NCBI GenBank assembly: GCA_965220965.1
Contig: OZ244852.1
Coordinates: forward strand, 992,001-1,056,000
Source of the DNA: Candidatus Marinacidobacterium sp.
Lineage (GTDB): Bacteria; Acidobacteriota; Vicinamibacteria; Marinacidobacterales; Marinacidobacteraceae
Length of the DNA: 64,000 nt
Direction of reading: 5' to 3'
Shown here: positions 10,006 to 22,083 of the stretch, one piece after another
How the letters are laid out: each line of letters opens with the position of its first letter
How positions within the stretch are numbered: position 1 is the stretch's first letter
The notes under the pieces: model-generated
Seen by the model: only the letters and a program-made list of their open reading frames with translations
Told to the model about the DNA's origin: nothing
The model's database searches: none
Translations under genes and position numbers: made by a program

Positions 10006-10895
10006 CGCGCGCGGGACTCCAGGATCCCGGCGAGGGTCGCCGGATCGTCGGTGAGGATCCCGTCAACGCCCAGATCGAGGAGCCGGATCATGTCGGATCG
10101 ATCGTTCACGGTCCATATGAGGAGGGGAAGCCCCGCTCGCCGGGCCGCTCGCAGGAAGGTGGGCGCGGCGACCCGGAGCGGCCCGACGGCTTCCGGAAAC
10201 AGCAGGGCCTCCGGAGGGGCCGCATGGAGTCCCGGCAGGCGAAGCAGCGCCAGCAGAACGAACCAGACCGCCTCACCAGGCGCCGCGCCGGTCGCGACGC
10301 CCGGGCACGCCCCGCGGAACTCGGCGAGGGCGTCGCCCGAGAACGCCGCCACCAGCACCTCATCCTCACGGCCGGCGGCGCGGATGGCGCGACAGAGCGG
10401 GAGCGCCGCTTCCGGGACCTTCATCTCGACGAACAGGGGAATCCCGGGATGCGCGTCCAGCACCTCGTCGAACGTCGGAATCCGGACCGGCTCGCCGCGA
10501 TACGGATAGCCCCCATCCGGTCCGCGGAAGGTCGCCCCCGCATTCAGCGTCCGGAGTTCGGCGAGCGTCTTCTCCGCGAGCGGACCGACCCCATCGGTCG
10601 TCCGGTCGAGGGTGCGGTCGTGAAAGACCACGAGCTCCCCGTCGGCGCTCAGGTGGAGGTCCAGCTCGAGCGCGTGCGCGCCGGCTTCGCGGGCGGCGTC
10701 GAAGGCCGCGAGCGTCTCCTCCGGCGCCAGGAGCGCGCCTCCGCGGTGGGCGATGTTCACGAGCGCTTCGGTGAAGAAGGGATGCGGGGGGGGCGCCGGT
10801 CGCGAGCAGGACCAGACCGCGAGCCCGGCGTAGAGCGCTGCGGCGAAGACCACCGCTCGAAGCGCCCAGCGACCCACCCGGCGAAGCCATCTCAC
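10002..10895 (-). CDS. Glycerophosphodiester phosphodiesterase with N-terminal membrane anchor
   Basis: IAHRGG...PEETL, ELDLHLSADGELVVFHD, WTVND and GVDGILTD. Confidence 0.92.
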   Translation of the reverse strand: MRWLRRVGRWALRAVVFAAALYAGLAVWSCSRPAPPPHPFFTEALVNIAHRGGALLAPEETLAAFDAAREAGAHALELDLHLSADGELVVFHDRTLDRTTDGVGPLAEKTLAELRTLNAGATFRGPDGGYPYRGEPVRIPTFDEVLDAHPGIPLFVEMKVPEAALPLCRAIRAAGREDEVLVAAFSGDALAEFRGACPGVATGAAPGEAVWFVLLALLRLPGLHAAPPEALLFPEAVGPLRVAAPTFLRAARRAGLPLLIWTVNDRSDMIRLLDLGVDGILTDDPATLAGILESRAR

Positions 10896-11950
10896 GAGCT
10901 GTTCCCTCCGCTGGCCAGCTCGACCGCTTCCGCCGCCGGGAGGAGCCGGAGCGACGCCGAGGGGTCGGAAGACCGCGCGCCGCGGAGGAACGCCGCGGCG
11001 TCCATCGGACGCCCTCCCGCTGGCTGGACCCGGAGGGGCACGAGCGCGTTCCCGTCACCGCACGCGATCTCGAGCCGCGCCTCCCGCCCCGATCCGCGCA
11101 CCACCGACCAGCCGGGAGGGTGGTTCTCCGACGCGACGCTCCGCGCCCGCGTCTCGGCGGAGTGGATCCGGAGCAGCCTCCGCTTCGCCGCTCCGGCAAC
11201 CTCATGGGCGGTGAACGCCCCCGGCGCCGGCGCGAAGGCCCGCACCCGCGCTTCCAGTTCGGCCGCGGGCCGTTCCCAGTCGAGGACGGTGTCGGCGCGC
11301 TCCACGCGCGGGGCCCAGGTGGCCGCCGCATCGTCCTGGGGAACGGGGACCAGCGACCCGGCCGCCAGACCGTCGAGCGTCTCGAGCAGAAGGCGCGCGC
11401 CGATGGGCGCTAGCCGCTCGAGGAGGCTTCCGCCCGTTTCCCCGGGCGCGATGCCAACGGCCTCCTGAAGGAGCAGCGGACCGGTGTCGAGGCCCGCGTC
11501 CATCCGCATCGTCGTGACCCCGGTGCGATCCAGGCCGCGCGCCACCGCCCACACCGCGGGCGCCGCGCCGCGAAGCTGGGGAAGAAGCGAGGCGTGAACG
11601 TTGACCGCCCCGAGGGGCGGCGCCTCGAGCAGGCGAGCCGGAAGGATCTGGCCGTAGTCCGCCACCACCAGGCAGTCGGGGGCCAGGGACACGATCGGCA
11701 GCCAGCCGGCGCGCCGACGTAGACGCGGGGGCTGCAGGACCCGGAGCCCCAGTTCGACCGCGAGCTGCTTGATCCGACTCGGGCGGAGGCGGCGGCCGCG
11801 TCCCGCCGGGCGGTCCGGCTGGGTCACAACGGCCAGGACTTCGTGGCGCCGGTGGAGCGCCCGCAGGACCGGCGCCGCAAAGCCCGAGGTTCCGCAGAAG
11901 AGGACCCGGAGCCGCCGGTCCGCCGGACTCGCGGAACTCGCGCCGGACAT
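10892..11950 (-). CDS. fmt: Methionyl-tRNA formyltransferase
   Basis: VVTQPDRPAGRG, NVHASLLP..RGAAP, MDAGLDTG; adjacent to def. Confidence 0.96.
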   Translation of the reverse strand: MSGASSASPADRRLRVLFCGTSGFAAPVLRALHRRHEVLAVVTQPDRPAGRGRRLRPSRIKQLAVELGLRVLQPPRLRRRAGWLPIVSLAPDCLVVADYGQILPARLLEAPPLGAVNVHASLLPQLRGAAPAVWAVARGLDRTGVTTMRMDAGLDTGPLLLQEAVGIAPGETGGSLLERLAPIGARLLLETLDGLAAGSLVPVPQDDAAATWAPRVERADTVLDWERPAAELEARVRAFAPAPGAFTAHEVAGAAKRRLLRIHSAETRARSVASENHPPGWSVVRGSGREARLEIACGDGNALVPLRVQPAGGRPMDAAAFLRGARSSDPSASLRLLPAAEAVELASGGNSS

Positions 11951-11970
11951 GGCGGACGACGGCCGGCCGG

Positions 11971-12483
11971 CTACCAGTCTCCGCGGCGGACGCGGCGGCG
12001 CAGCTTGCGCAGCACCAGATCCCGCTTCAGCGGACCCAGCCGATCCAGAAACAGCCTTCCGTTCAGGTGATCCACTTCGTGACAGAACGCGCGCGCCAGG
12101 AGCCCCTCGCCCTCCATTTCGAACACGCTCCCGTCAAGCCGCTGCCCCCGCACCCGCACCGCCGCCGGGCGGCGGGTGACGCCGGAAAACCCGGGCGCCG
12201 AGAGACACCCCTCCTCTTCGCGCTGAACGCCATGCTCCTCGAGGATCTCCGGGTTCGCCATCACGATCAGGTTCCCGTCTTCCTCGCCGGCGGTGATGTC
12301 GATCACGATGAGGCGGCGGTTGACCCCGATCTGCGGGGCCGCGAGACCCACGCCGGGCGCGGCGTACATCGTCGCCGTCATGTCCTCGACCAGGCTCTGC
12401 CAGTCCTGTTCGAAGTCGTCGATGGGATCCGACGGAGTGTGGATCGGATCGTCACCGAAGCGCAGGATCGGGAGGATGGGCAA
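11971..12483 (-). CDS. def: Peptide deformylase
   Basis: GVGLAAPQ, EGCLS and HEVDH motifs. Confidence 0.97.
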   Translation of the reverse strand: MPILPILRFGDDPIHTPSDPIDDFEQDWQSLVEDMTATMYAAPGVGLAAPQIGVNRRLIVIDITAGEEDGNLIVMANPEILEEHGVQREEEGCLSAPGFSGVTRRPAAVRVRGQRLDGSVFEMEGEGLLARAFCHEVDHLNGRLFLDRLGPLKRDLVLRKLRRRVRRGDW

Positions 12484-12495
12484 GGCCCCGGAACT

Positions 12496-14712
<2,217 letters not shown>

Positions 14713-14731
14713 AAAATGGGACCTGGCGGGC

Positions 14732-17700
14732 TCAGCGCGCCGGCGCGGCCCCGTCGACGCGTTCCCGCGAAGGGGCGCCCCGGCGCCGCTCGGCGCCGCG
14801 GCCGGCGCCCCGGCCCCGCGGCCGGAAACCGCGACCCCGTTCCCGCGCCTCCAGGGGTGGCGGCGCCGCCCCGAGGATCTGCTTCACCCGACGCTCCAGC
14901 GAGGCCAGCAGCTTGCGCGCCCCCGGGGTGAACGCCGGTCCGGCGGCCCGCGCCCGCTCGAGCAGCTCTGCGGCGGCCCGGGCGGCCTCGCGCGCCTCGG
15001 CGTCCCGATCCGCCGCCCGTCCGGACCCGAGCGAGGCCTGGAGATGGGCGGCGAGCGATGCCGCTCCACCCTCGGTGGGCGGCTTGCCGGCGTGGGCCGG
15101 CGCCACGTCGTCGAGGCGCTTCGCCAGCGAACCAAGGCGCGCCTCGAGCTCGTCCTGGTCGAAGCGGGTTCCGGCGAACGTCGCGGGAGCGGCCTCGAAC
15201 GCCTTTCCCAGCGCCCGTTCGAGGTCCGCCGCGACCCGGTCGAGCGGGGAAGTCCGGGTTCGACGAGCCGAACCGGAGGGCCGGCCGGCGCGCGCCAGCC
15301 TGCGAAGCTCGGCGAAGACGTCTCCGGCGGCCTCCGCCCGCTCCGCATCGGGGACCTCCACGAGTTCCACAACCCGGCCGCGCAGCTCCACGAGCTCCTC
15401 GGTCTCCTCTTCGACTTCTCCCCTGTCCGGGCCCTCCGGATCCTCGTACCGGCGTCGCCGGGCGTCGTCGCGCGCGGCGTCGAGCGCGGCGGAAAACGCC
15501 TCCCAGAGCCGGTCCCCCGCCTTGCGGGGAACCGGTGGCGCAGCCTTCCACTCGGCGATCAGCTCGCGCACCGAGGCGCCGACCGCAGCCGGTTCGACGC
15601 TCCCCGCCAGCGCCTTCGCCCGGGAGATGATCTCCTCCCGCGCGGGGATGTTGGCGGCGAGCTCCTCGAAGCGCTTCTTCCTTTCGGCCCGGACTTCCGA
15701 GAGCGCGTCGAAGTACTGGCTGTTGGCCGCCCGGAACCGCTTCCAGAGCGCCTCGGCCTTCCCGCGGGGGAGGCCCTTGGAGCGCGTCTTCCATTCCGGC
15801 ATGAGTCCGCGCATCTCCGCCAGCCGCCCGGGATCGGGCGTCTCGGCCAGCGCCTCGGCGCGGGCCGCCAGCGCCTCCAGCGCCGCGACCTGCTCGGCCA
15901 TCGCCCGGTCGCGTTCCTCGCGGACCGGCCGCGCCCGTTCCAGAAGCGCGTCCCGGACCTGGCCCCACTCTTCCCACAGCTCCTGTCCGCGGTCCGGGTC
16001 CGCGTGCCGGGACTCGCGCCAGCTCCGCTCCAGCCGGACCAGGCCGCGGTCCACGCGGACGGCGTCCTCCTCCTCGAGAAGCGCCTTCCCGCGGCGAATG
16101 ATGTCCGCCTGCGACTCCAGATTGGACCACCTCTTCCACTCGCGCAGTTCGCGGGACTCGCGAAGCCTCGGCATGAGGGACGCCTGGAAGCGCTGGAACC
16201 GCGCCTGTCCCGCCGGACCGGCCGCGCGCCACGCCTCGGAGTCGGCGCGGAGCGCCCCCAGGTCCCGGAGGGCGCCCTCGATCTGCGGGAGTGACGGGGA
16301 CTCGGCCTTCTCCAGCGTCTCGAGCCGCTCGTCGAGCGCCGCGATCCGCTCGCTGGTCTTTCGCTGGCGCTTCTCCCGGGCGGCCTCGGCCGCGACCAGC
16401 AGCGCCTCGGCCTTCGCCGCCGCCTCCCGGAACCGCTCGCCGTCGGGGGTGTCCTGGAGGTCCAGCCGCTCGAATCGGCGGTTGAGCCGCGCGAGCTCCC
16501 GCCGCGCCCGGACCGGGTCCCCCCGGCCGCGCTTCGAGCGCCCGCTCCCTTCGGGGTCGGCCAGCTCGCGGTGGAGAGCGGCGGCGTGGTCCGCCATTTC
16601 GGCCAGGTCGAACGCGTCCACCCGGCGGCGGCGACGGTCGTGGGCCTGGTCCCGGGAGCTCCTGAGCGCCGCCGCCAGCCGCGCCTTCGCGGCCGGTCGG
16701 GGAGGAGGGTCGTCGAGCCGCAGAAACGCCCGCCGCGACAGGTCGTCCAGTTCGCCGAGCGAGAGCTCGCTCTCCGGATCCTCGAGCCGCTCCAGAATCT
16801 CGCGCACCTCCTCCGGGACCGGAGGTTCGGGTCGGACAACCGCCTGCGGCGCGTCCGGGGCCGCGTCAGCGCCGGCGTCGGGAAGACGAAGACGCGGCGC
16901 GGCCTGGGCCTCCTGCTCGAGCCGAAGCGCGCGCGCCCGCGCCGCCTCCACCCGCTCGGACGCCGCCTCGCCCACCGGCCCGGTCGCCAGCACGGCGTCC
17001 ACTTCGGAGAGCAGGCGGCTCCTCTCGGTCGCGGTGGCTTCGCCGCTCTCGAGGCGCTCCAGCCGCGGCAGAAGGTCGCTCTCCCGGCTCCTGACCCGTT
17101 CGGGGTGGTCGGGGGGCAGGCGTTCTTCCGCCAGGCGGCGCGCCAGCCGGCGCACGCTCCGCACCGCGCCGCTTTCGGCCACCCGGAGCAGTTCGTCAGG
17201 ATCCTCGATCCGACGCACCGCAGCCGACGCCGACTCGCGCCCCCCCGCGCTGACGGCGACCTGCGCCAGACCAGCCGGGGTGAGGATGGCGCCCAGCGCG
17301 CGACCCCGCATCGCCGGGTCTCCGCCGCGGGCCGCCACCTGGGCGAGCGCCAGATCGCGCGGCCCCACCACGTCCTCCGCGCCGCCTCTCGCGGGCGGCG
17401 CCACCAGGCGCTCCATCGCCTCCGTCCGCACCGCCTCGAAGTGGGCCCGGCAGACCACATCCGCCACCGCCCGGAGCGGCTCGAGCAGCCCGAGCGCCCG
17501 GCGCGACTCCTCCAGATCCCGGCTGTCCGCCGCGATCTTCACCAGCAGCGCCTCGCTCCGCGAACGGGCGAGCTTGCGGGCGTCCTCGTCTCCGGCTGTC
17601 TCGACGAGCTCGAGCAGGACCCGGGGCGCCTCGAGGCGGCGCACCGCCTCGCGCCGCACCCGGGCGTCGGGGTCCGAACGCGCCAGCTCCGCCAGCGGCG

Positions 17701-17797
17701 CCGTGTCCTCCACCGGGTGCTTCTGGACGCCGCGCAGGCGCACGGCCGCGTCCCGGCTTCTGAGAGGACTGGTCGAGAATCGCGCGAGTACGGACAT
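14732..17797 (-). CDS. DUF349-domain helical protein with N-terminal HEAT-like repeats (~1021 aa)
   Basis: DPDARVRREAVRRL-type repeats, followed by repeated W-K...P....LW.RF units (EWKRWSN, LWEEW, LWKRFRAANSQYF, LWEAF). Confidence 0.75.
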   Translation of the reverse strand: MSVLARFSTSPLRSRDAAVRLRGVQKHPVEDTAPLAELARSDPDARVRREAVRRLEAPRVLLELVETAGDEDARKLARSRSEALLVKIAADSRDLEESRRALGLLEPLRAVADVVCRAHFEAVRTEAMERLVAPPARGGAEDVVGPRDLALAQVAARGGDPAMRGRALGAILTPAGLAQVAVSAGGRESASAAVRRIEDPDELLRVAESGAVRSVRRLARRLAEERLPPDHPERVRSRESDLLPRLERLESGEATATERSRLLSEVDAVLATGPVGEAASERVEAARARALRLEQEAQAAPRLRLPDAGADAAPDAPQAVVRPEPPVPEEVREILERLEDPESELSLGELDDLSRRAFLRLDDPPPRPAAKARLAAALRSSRDQAHDRRRRRVDAFDLAEMADHAAALHRELADPEGSGRSKRGRGDPVRARRELARLNRRFERLDLQDTPDGERFREAAAKAEALLVAAEAAREKRQRKTSERIAALDERLETLEKAESPSLPQIEGALRDLGALRADSEAWRAAGPAGQARFQRFQASLMPRLRESRELREWKRWSNLESQADIIRRGKALLEEEDAVRVDRGLVRLERSWRESRHADPDRGQELWEEWGQVRDALLERARPVREERDRAMAEQVAALEALAARAEALAETPDPGRLAEMRGLMPEWKTRSKGLPRGKAEALWKRFRAANSQYFDALSEVRAERKKRFEELAANIPAREEIISRAKALAGSVEPAAVGASVRELIAEWKAAPPVPRKAGDRLWEAFSAALDAARDDARRRRYEDPEGPDRGEVEEETEELVELRGRVVELVEVPDAERAEAAGDVFAELRRLARAGRPSGSARRTRTSPLDRVAADLERALGKAFEAAPATFAGTRFDQDELEARLGSLAKRLDDVAPAHAGKPPTEGGAASLAAHLQASLGSGRAADRDAEAREAARAAAELLERARAAGPAFTPGARKLLASLERRVKQILGAAPPPLEARERGRGFRPRGRGAGRGAERRRGAPSRERVDGAAPAR

Positions 17798-17901
17798 GAC
17801 GCCGCCGGCCGGAGCGACCCGGCGCACGCGCCGATGCGGATCCCGCCCCGGCGAGCGCCAGAATATAGCCTCTGCCCGCCGCTCCATCGACGCGCTCGCC
17901 A

Positions 17902-19095
17902 TTGGCCACCTCCACCCCGAATCCGTCCAACCGCTGGCCGGTGACGGTGCTCGGCGCCGTCATGGGCGTCGGGCTGCTGGACCAGCAGGTCATCACGCCG
18001 CTCATCGCCTCGCTGGCCGCCGGACTCGATGTCTCCATTCCCGAAGTGGGCTGGGCCATTTCCACCTACGCGGTGGCGGCGTCGCTCGCGGCGCTGTTCG
18101 TCGGCCCGCTGTCCGACGCGACCGGACGGCGGCGGTGGGTGCTGCCCGCCGCCGCGCTTCTGGCGCTCTCGTCCGCCGCGATCGCGCTCTGGCCCTCCTA
18201 TGAGGTCTTTCTGCTGGCTCGCGTCGCAGCCGGCATGGCCGGCGGAACGATCTCGGTGGTGGCGGTCGCCTGGCTGGCCGATCTGGTTCCCTACGCCCGC
18301 CGCGGCCGCGCCATGGCGCTCGTCATGGGCGGCGCCATGGGAACCGCGGTCCTGGGGCAGGTGGCGGCCGCGTTCGCGGCGGCGCGGAGCGGCCACGAGA
18401 CGGCCTACGCCGGGCTCGCCGCGTTCGCGCTCGTGGCGCTGCTGCTGCTCGCGGGCCTGCGACGCGGGAAGGCGACCCCGGGCCAGGCGGGCGGCGTCGG
18501 CTGGCGCCGCAAGCTGGAGGACTACCTCGAGTTCGCCCGCACTCCGGCGCATCGCGCGGCGGCCCTCGGCGCGTTCTGCATGTCCGGGAGCCTCGTCGGA
18601 GTGACCGCCTACGCCTCCGGATGGATGCAGGAGGCGCGCGGGTTCACGGTGGAAGAGATCGGGCTCCTGTACGGAGGATTCGGGGCCGCCATCATGGTCG
18701 TCCAGCCGCTTTCCGGACCGCTGGCGGACCGATTCGGCAAGAAGCGCTTCGCGGTTGTGGCCTCCATCCTGGTCGTGGGAATCACCCTCGCGCTCCCCGC
18801 GCTCCCCGATGTCCTGCTGATCGTCGCGGTCTTCCTCTTCGGGTGCCTCACCGTCGCGCGGATCGCCGCCTTCGCCGCCCTGCGGAGCGAGCTCGTCGCG
18901 CCGGCGCGGCGGGCGGCGTTCCTCGCGTTCTCGAACACCTGCTCCCAGTTGGGAATCGCGGCCGCGGTGGCGATCGGCGGAATGCTCTATCCGGCGGGGT
19001 TCTGGCATGTCTGTCTGGCGATGGCGGGGTTCGGAGCCCTCGCCGCCCTCCTGATCGCCCGGGTGCCGGAACCGGGCGAACGTCCGGTTGCCTGA
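17902..19095 (+). CDS. MFS transporter
   Basis: About 12 hydrophobic helices; motif A twice (GPLSDATGRR, GPLADRFGKK). Confidence 0.9.
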   Translation: MATSTPNPSNRWPVTVLGAVMGVGLLDQQVITPLIASLAAGLDVSIPEVGWAISTYAVAASLAALFVGPLSDATGRRRWVLPAAALLALSSAAIALWPSYEVFLLARVAAGMAGGTISVVAVAWLADLVPYARRGRAMALVMGGAMGTAVLGQVAAAFAAARSGHETAYAGLAAFALVALLLLAGLRRGKATPGQAGGVGWRRKLEDYLEFARTPAHRAAALGAFCMSGSLVGVTAYASGWMQEARGFTVEEIGLLYGGFGAAIMVVQPLSGPLADRFGKKRFAVVASILVVGITLALPALPDVLLIVAVFLFGCLTVARIAAFAALRSELVAPARRAAFLAFSNTCSQLGIAAAVAIGGMLYPAGFWHVCLAMAGFGALAALLIARVPEPGERPVA

Positions 19096-20081
19096 TGCGA
19101 CGCAAACGACGGCGCGTCCTCTGGCTCGGAGTCTCCCTGCTGGTTGCGGCGGTCGCGGTCTGCCTCGCGACGCCGGTCGCGGTCGGCTACGCCCTGACGC
19201 GGCTGCCGGGGACCAGGCCCCAGGACCGGGCGCTGACCTCGACGCCGGCGGAGTCCGGCCTGGCGTACCGCACCGTGTTCCTGAGGACCGGGGACGGGGT
19301 CCGTATTTCCGGCTGGCTCATCCCCGCGCCGCGGCCCCAGGGGTGCTCGGTCGTCATGGCCCACGGACTCTTCCGCTCCCGGCGGGAGGTGCTGTCCAAG
19401 GCGGTCTGGCTGGCGGAGGACGGCTGCGCCGTGCTCGCCATCGACCTGAGGCGGCACGGAGAGAGCGCCGCTCTCGCGGGAGGACCTGACCTCCACACCT
19501 CGCTCGGGCTGTTCGAGAGTCAGGACGTCCTCGCCGGGGCGAAATTCCTCGCGGATCGCGCGCCCGGGGACCGTCTGTGGCTCTTCGGGATCTCCATGGG
19601 GGCCGCCGCCGCCGCGCGGGCGGGGGTCGTCGCTCCGGCGCCGCCGGCCGGCGTCGTCCTCGACAGCGTGTTCCGCAGCGTGCCCGCCGCCGTGGATCGC
19701 TACGCCGAGCTGCTGTTCGGACTGCCTCCCTTTCCGACCGGGGACCTGACGCTCCTCGGGATGCGTCTCTCGGCGGGTTTCCGGCCGGAAGAGATGGATG
19801 TCGAGCGGTACTCCCGGCGGCTCGGAGAACGGGGCGTCCCGGTCCTCGTGATCGCCGGGCTCGAGGACGAGCAGGCGCCGGCGGAGGCGCAGGTCGAGGT
19901 GTTTCACGCGAATCGTCATCCGGCGAGCCGGCTGCTCGAAGTCCCGGGAGCGACCCACGGACGCCCCTGTCTCGCGGCGCCATCCATCTGCCGGGAGACG
20001 GTGCGGTCCTTCTTCGGCCTCGCCGGCCCGGCTTCCCAGCCGACGCCGCCCGGGCGCTACGCCTACGATCCCGGCCCATGA
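19095..20081 (+). CDS. Alpha/beta hydrolase with N-terminal TM or signal segment
   Basis: DGVRISGW, HG oxyanion motif, DLRRHGES, nucleophile GISMG, Asp and His in the C-terminal part. Confidence 0.87.
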   Translation: MRRKRRRVLWLGVSLLVAAVAVCLATPVAVGYALTRLPGTRPQDRALTSTPAESGLAYRTVFLRTGDGVRISGWLIPAPRPQGCSVVMAHGLFRSRREVLSKAVWLAEDGCAVLAIDLRRHGESAALAGGPDLHTSLGLFESQDVLAGAKFLADRAPGDRLWLFGISMGAAAAARAGVVAPAPPAGVVLDSVFRSVPAAVDRYAELLFGLPPFPTGDLTLLGMRLSAGFRPEEMDVERYSRRLGERGVPVLVIAGLEDEQAPAEAQVEVFHANRHPASRLLEVPGATHGRPCLAAPSICRETVRSFFGLAGPASQPTPPGRYAYDPGP

Positions 20082-21505
20082 CGACCCAGGCTCACGCCCA
20101 GGACCTGAACCTGGAGCGCAGCGTCCAGCGGCTGGTCCGGGACGCCGCGGACCGGCTCGGGCTCCCGGAAGGCCTTCGCGACCAGATCGCGGTGACCGAC
20201 TCCATCTACGTCACGAACTTTCCGATCAAGTTCGGAGACCGGGTGGAGGTCTTCTCCGGATGGCGCGCCGAACACAGCCATCACCGCCATCCGCTGAAGG
20301 GCGGACTCCGGTACAGCCCGCTGGTGAGCCAGCAGGAAATCAGCGCCCTCTCGGCGCTGATGACCTACAAGTGCGCGCTCGTCCGGGTGCCGTTCGGGGG
20401 GTCCAAGGGGGGAATCCGGTTCGACCCTCGCCGCTACAGCGCCGATCAGGTGGAGCGGATCACCCGCCGGTACACCGCGGAACTGATCCGCAAGAACATG
20501 ATCGGCCCCGGCGTGAATGTGCCGGCGCCCGACCTCGGGACCGGCCCGAGGGAGATGGCCTGGATCGCCGACACGTATGACGCCATGCATCCCGGCGGAA
20601 TCGACAACTTCGCCTGCGTCACCGGAAAGCCGGTGAGCCAGGGAGGCATCCGGGGCAGGGGCGACGCCACCGGGCGCGGGGTGGTGCTGGGCCTGGCCCG
20701 GGCGCTCGAGTTCCCGGAGGACTTCCCCGGGAGCGGGCTGACCCGTGGTCTCGCGGACAAGCGGGTCGCGGTGCAGGGCTTCGGGAACGTCGGCCACCAC
20801 ACCGCCGCGATCCTCTCGCGGGCCGGGGCCCGGGTGGTCGCCATCGGGGAGTGGGACGCCACCCTGCGCCGGGCGGAGGGCCTCGACATCGAAGCCCTCG
20901 ACGCCTGGCGGCGCGAAGCGGGGACGGTGAAGGGCTTTCCCGGCGCCGACGAGGAACTCGAGCCCGCGGCGGTGCTCGAGAGCGACTGCGACGTCCTGAT
21001 CCCGGCCGCGATCGAAAACGTCCTCCATCCGGAGACCGCCGCCCGGGTGAAGGCGAAACTGGTCGCCGAAGCGGCGAACTCCCCCACGACGCCGGCCGGG
21101 GACCGGGTGTTGCGGGAGCGCGGGATTCCGGTGCTTCCGGATGTGTTCCTCAACGCCGGCGGCGTCATCGTCTCCTACTTCGAGTGGGCCCGCAACCTCT
21201 CCCACATGCGCTTCGGGCTCATGGAGAAGCGGCTGGAGACCGCGAACACGAACGCCCTGCTGAGCGCGGTGGAGACGCTGGCCGGACGCCAGTTGAGCCC
21301 GACGGTGCGCCAGAACCTGGTCATCCAGCTCGACGAGAAGGAGCTGGTGCTCAGCGGCCTCGAAGAGAAGATGACGAACGCCTACGACGAGATCCGGGAG
21401 ACCGCCGCCCGCGAGGGGCTGTCCCGCAACCTTCGGCTCGCCGCCTACATGGTGGCGCTCGAGAAGATCCGGCGTTCCTACGAAGAGCTGGGAATCTTCC
21501 CCTGA
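20078..21505 (+). CDS. gdhA: Glutamate dehydrogenase (Glu/Leu/Phe/Val family)
   Basis: KGGLRY, MTYKCA..PFGGSKGG, VPAPD, TGK, QGFGNVG, EAAN and NAGGVIVSYFEW. Confidence 0.93.
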   Translation: MTTQAHAQDLNLERSVQRLVRDAADRLGLPEGLRDQIAVTDSIYVTNFPIKFGDRVEVFSGWRAEHSHHRHPLKGGLRYSPLVSQQEISALSALMTYKCALVRVPFGGSKGGIRFDPRRYSADQVERITRRYTAELIRKNMIGPGVNVPAPDLGTGPREMAWIADTYDAMHPGGIDNFACVTGKPVSQGGIRGRGDATGRGVVLGLARALEFPEDFPGSGLTRGLADKRVAVQGFGNVGHHTAAILSRAGARVVAIGEWDATLRRAEGLDIEALDAWRREAGTVKGFPGADEELEPAAVLESDCDVLIPAAIENVLHPETAARVKAKLVAEAANSPTTPAGDRVLRERGIPVLPDVFLNAGGVIVSYFEWARNLSHMRFGLMEKRLETANTNALLSAVETLAGRQLSPTVRQNLVIQLDEKELVLSGLEEKMTNAYDEIRETAAREGLSRNLRLAAYMVALEKIRRSYEELGIFP

Positions 21506-21545
21506 CCGTCACTGTTTCACCGGCGCGGCGGCGGATGGTCTGCGG

Positions 21546-22079
21546 ATGACTCTCGCGAACCAGCTCACGGTCCTCCGGCTGCTGTTGGCGCCGGCGGTGG
21601 TGGTGAGCATCCTCTACGGCCGGTTCGGCTGGGCCCTCGCCGCGCTCACCGCCGCCGGCCTCACCGATCTGTTCGATGGCGCGATCGCCCGCCGACGCAA
21701 GGAGCACTCCCGCCTGGGGGCGCTGCTCGATCCCCTCGCCGACAAGGTGCTCATCGTCTCCGCGGTGGCGGCGCTCGCCGCCCCGATCGACGCGGTCACG
21801 GTGCGGATCCCGGCCTGGATCGCAACCCTGGTGCTCGCCCGCGACGCGACGATCGTGATCGTGGCCGGGACCTACAACCTCGCTGTCGGACGGCGCGATT
21901 TCCTCCCCAGCCGCCTGGGGAAGTGGGCGACCGTCACGAACGTGGCCGGGATCTTCTGGATCCTGGTCGCCAACCTGCTCCGGCTGCAGCACCCGTTCAC
22001 CACCGTCCTGCTGGGCGCCATGGTGGCGCTCACGCTGCTGACTTCCGCCCAGTACCTGTGGAGGGCGCGGGAGCTCTGA
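21546..22079 (+). CDS. CDP-alcohol phosphatidyltransferase family protein
   Basis: ANQLTVLR, DLFDGAIARRRKEHSRLGALLDPLADK and PSRLGK. Confidence 0.9.
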   Translation: MTLANQLTVLRLLLAPAVVVSILYGRFGWALAALTAAGLTDLFDGAIARRRKEHSRLGALLDPLADKVLIVSAVAALAAPIDAVTVRIPAWIATLVLARDATIVIVAGTYNLAVGRRDFLPSRLGKWATVTNVAGIFWILVANLLRLQHPFTTVLLGAMVALTLLTSAQYLWRAREL

Positions 22080-22083
22080 GCCG

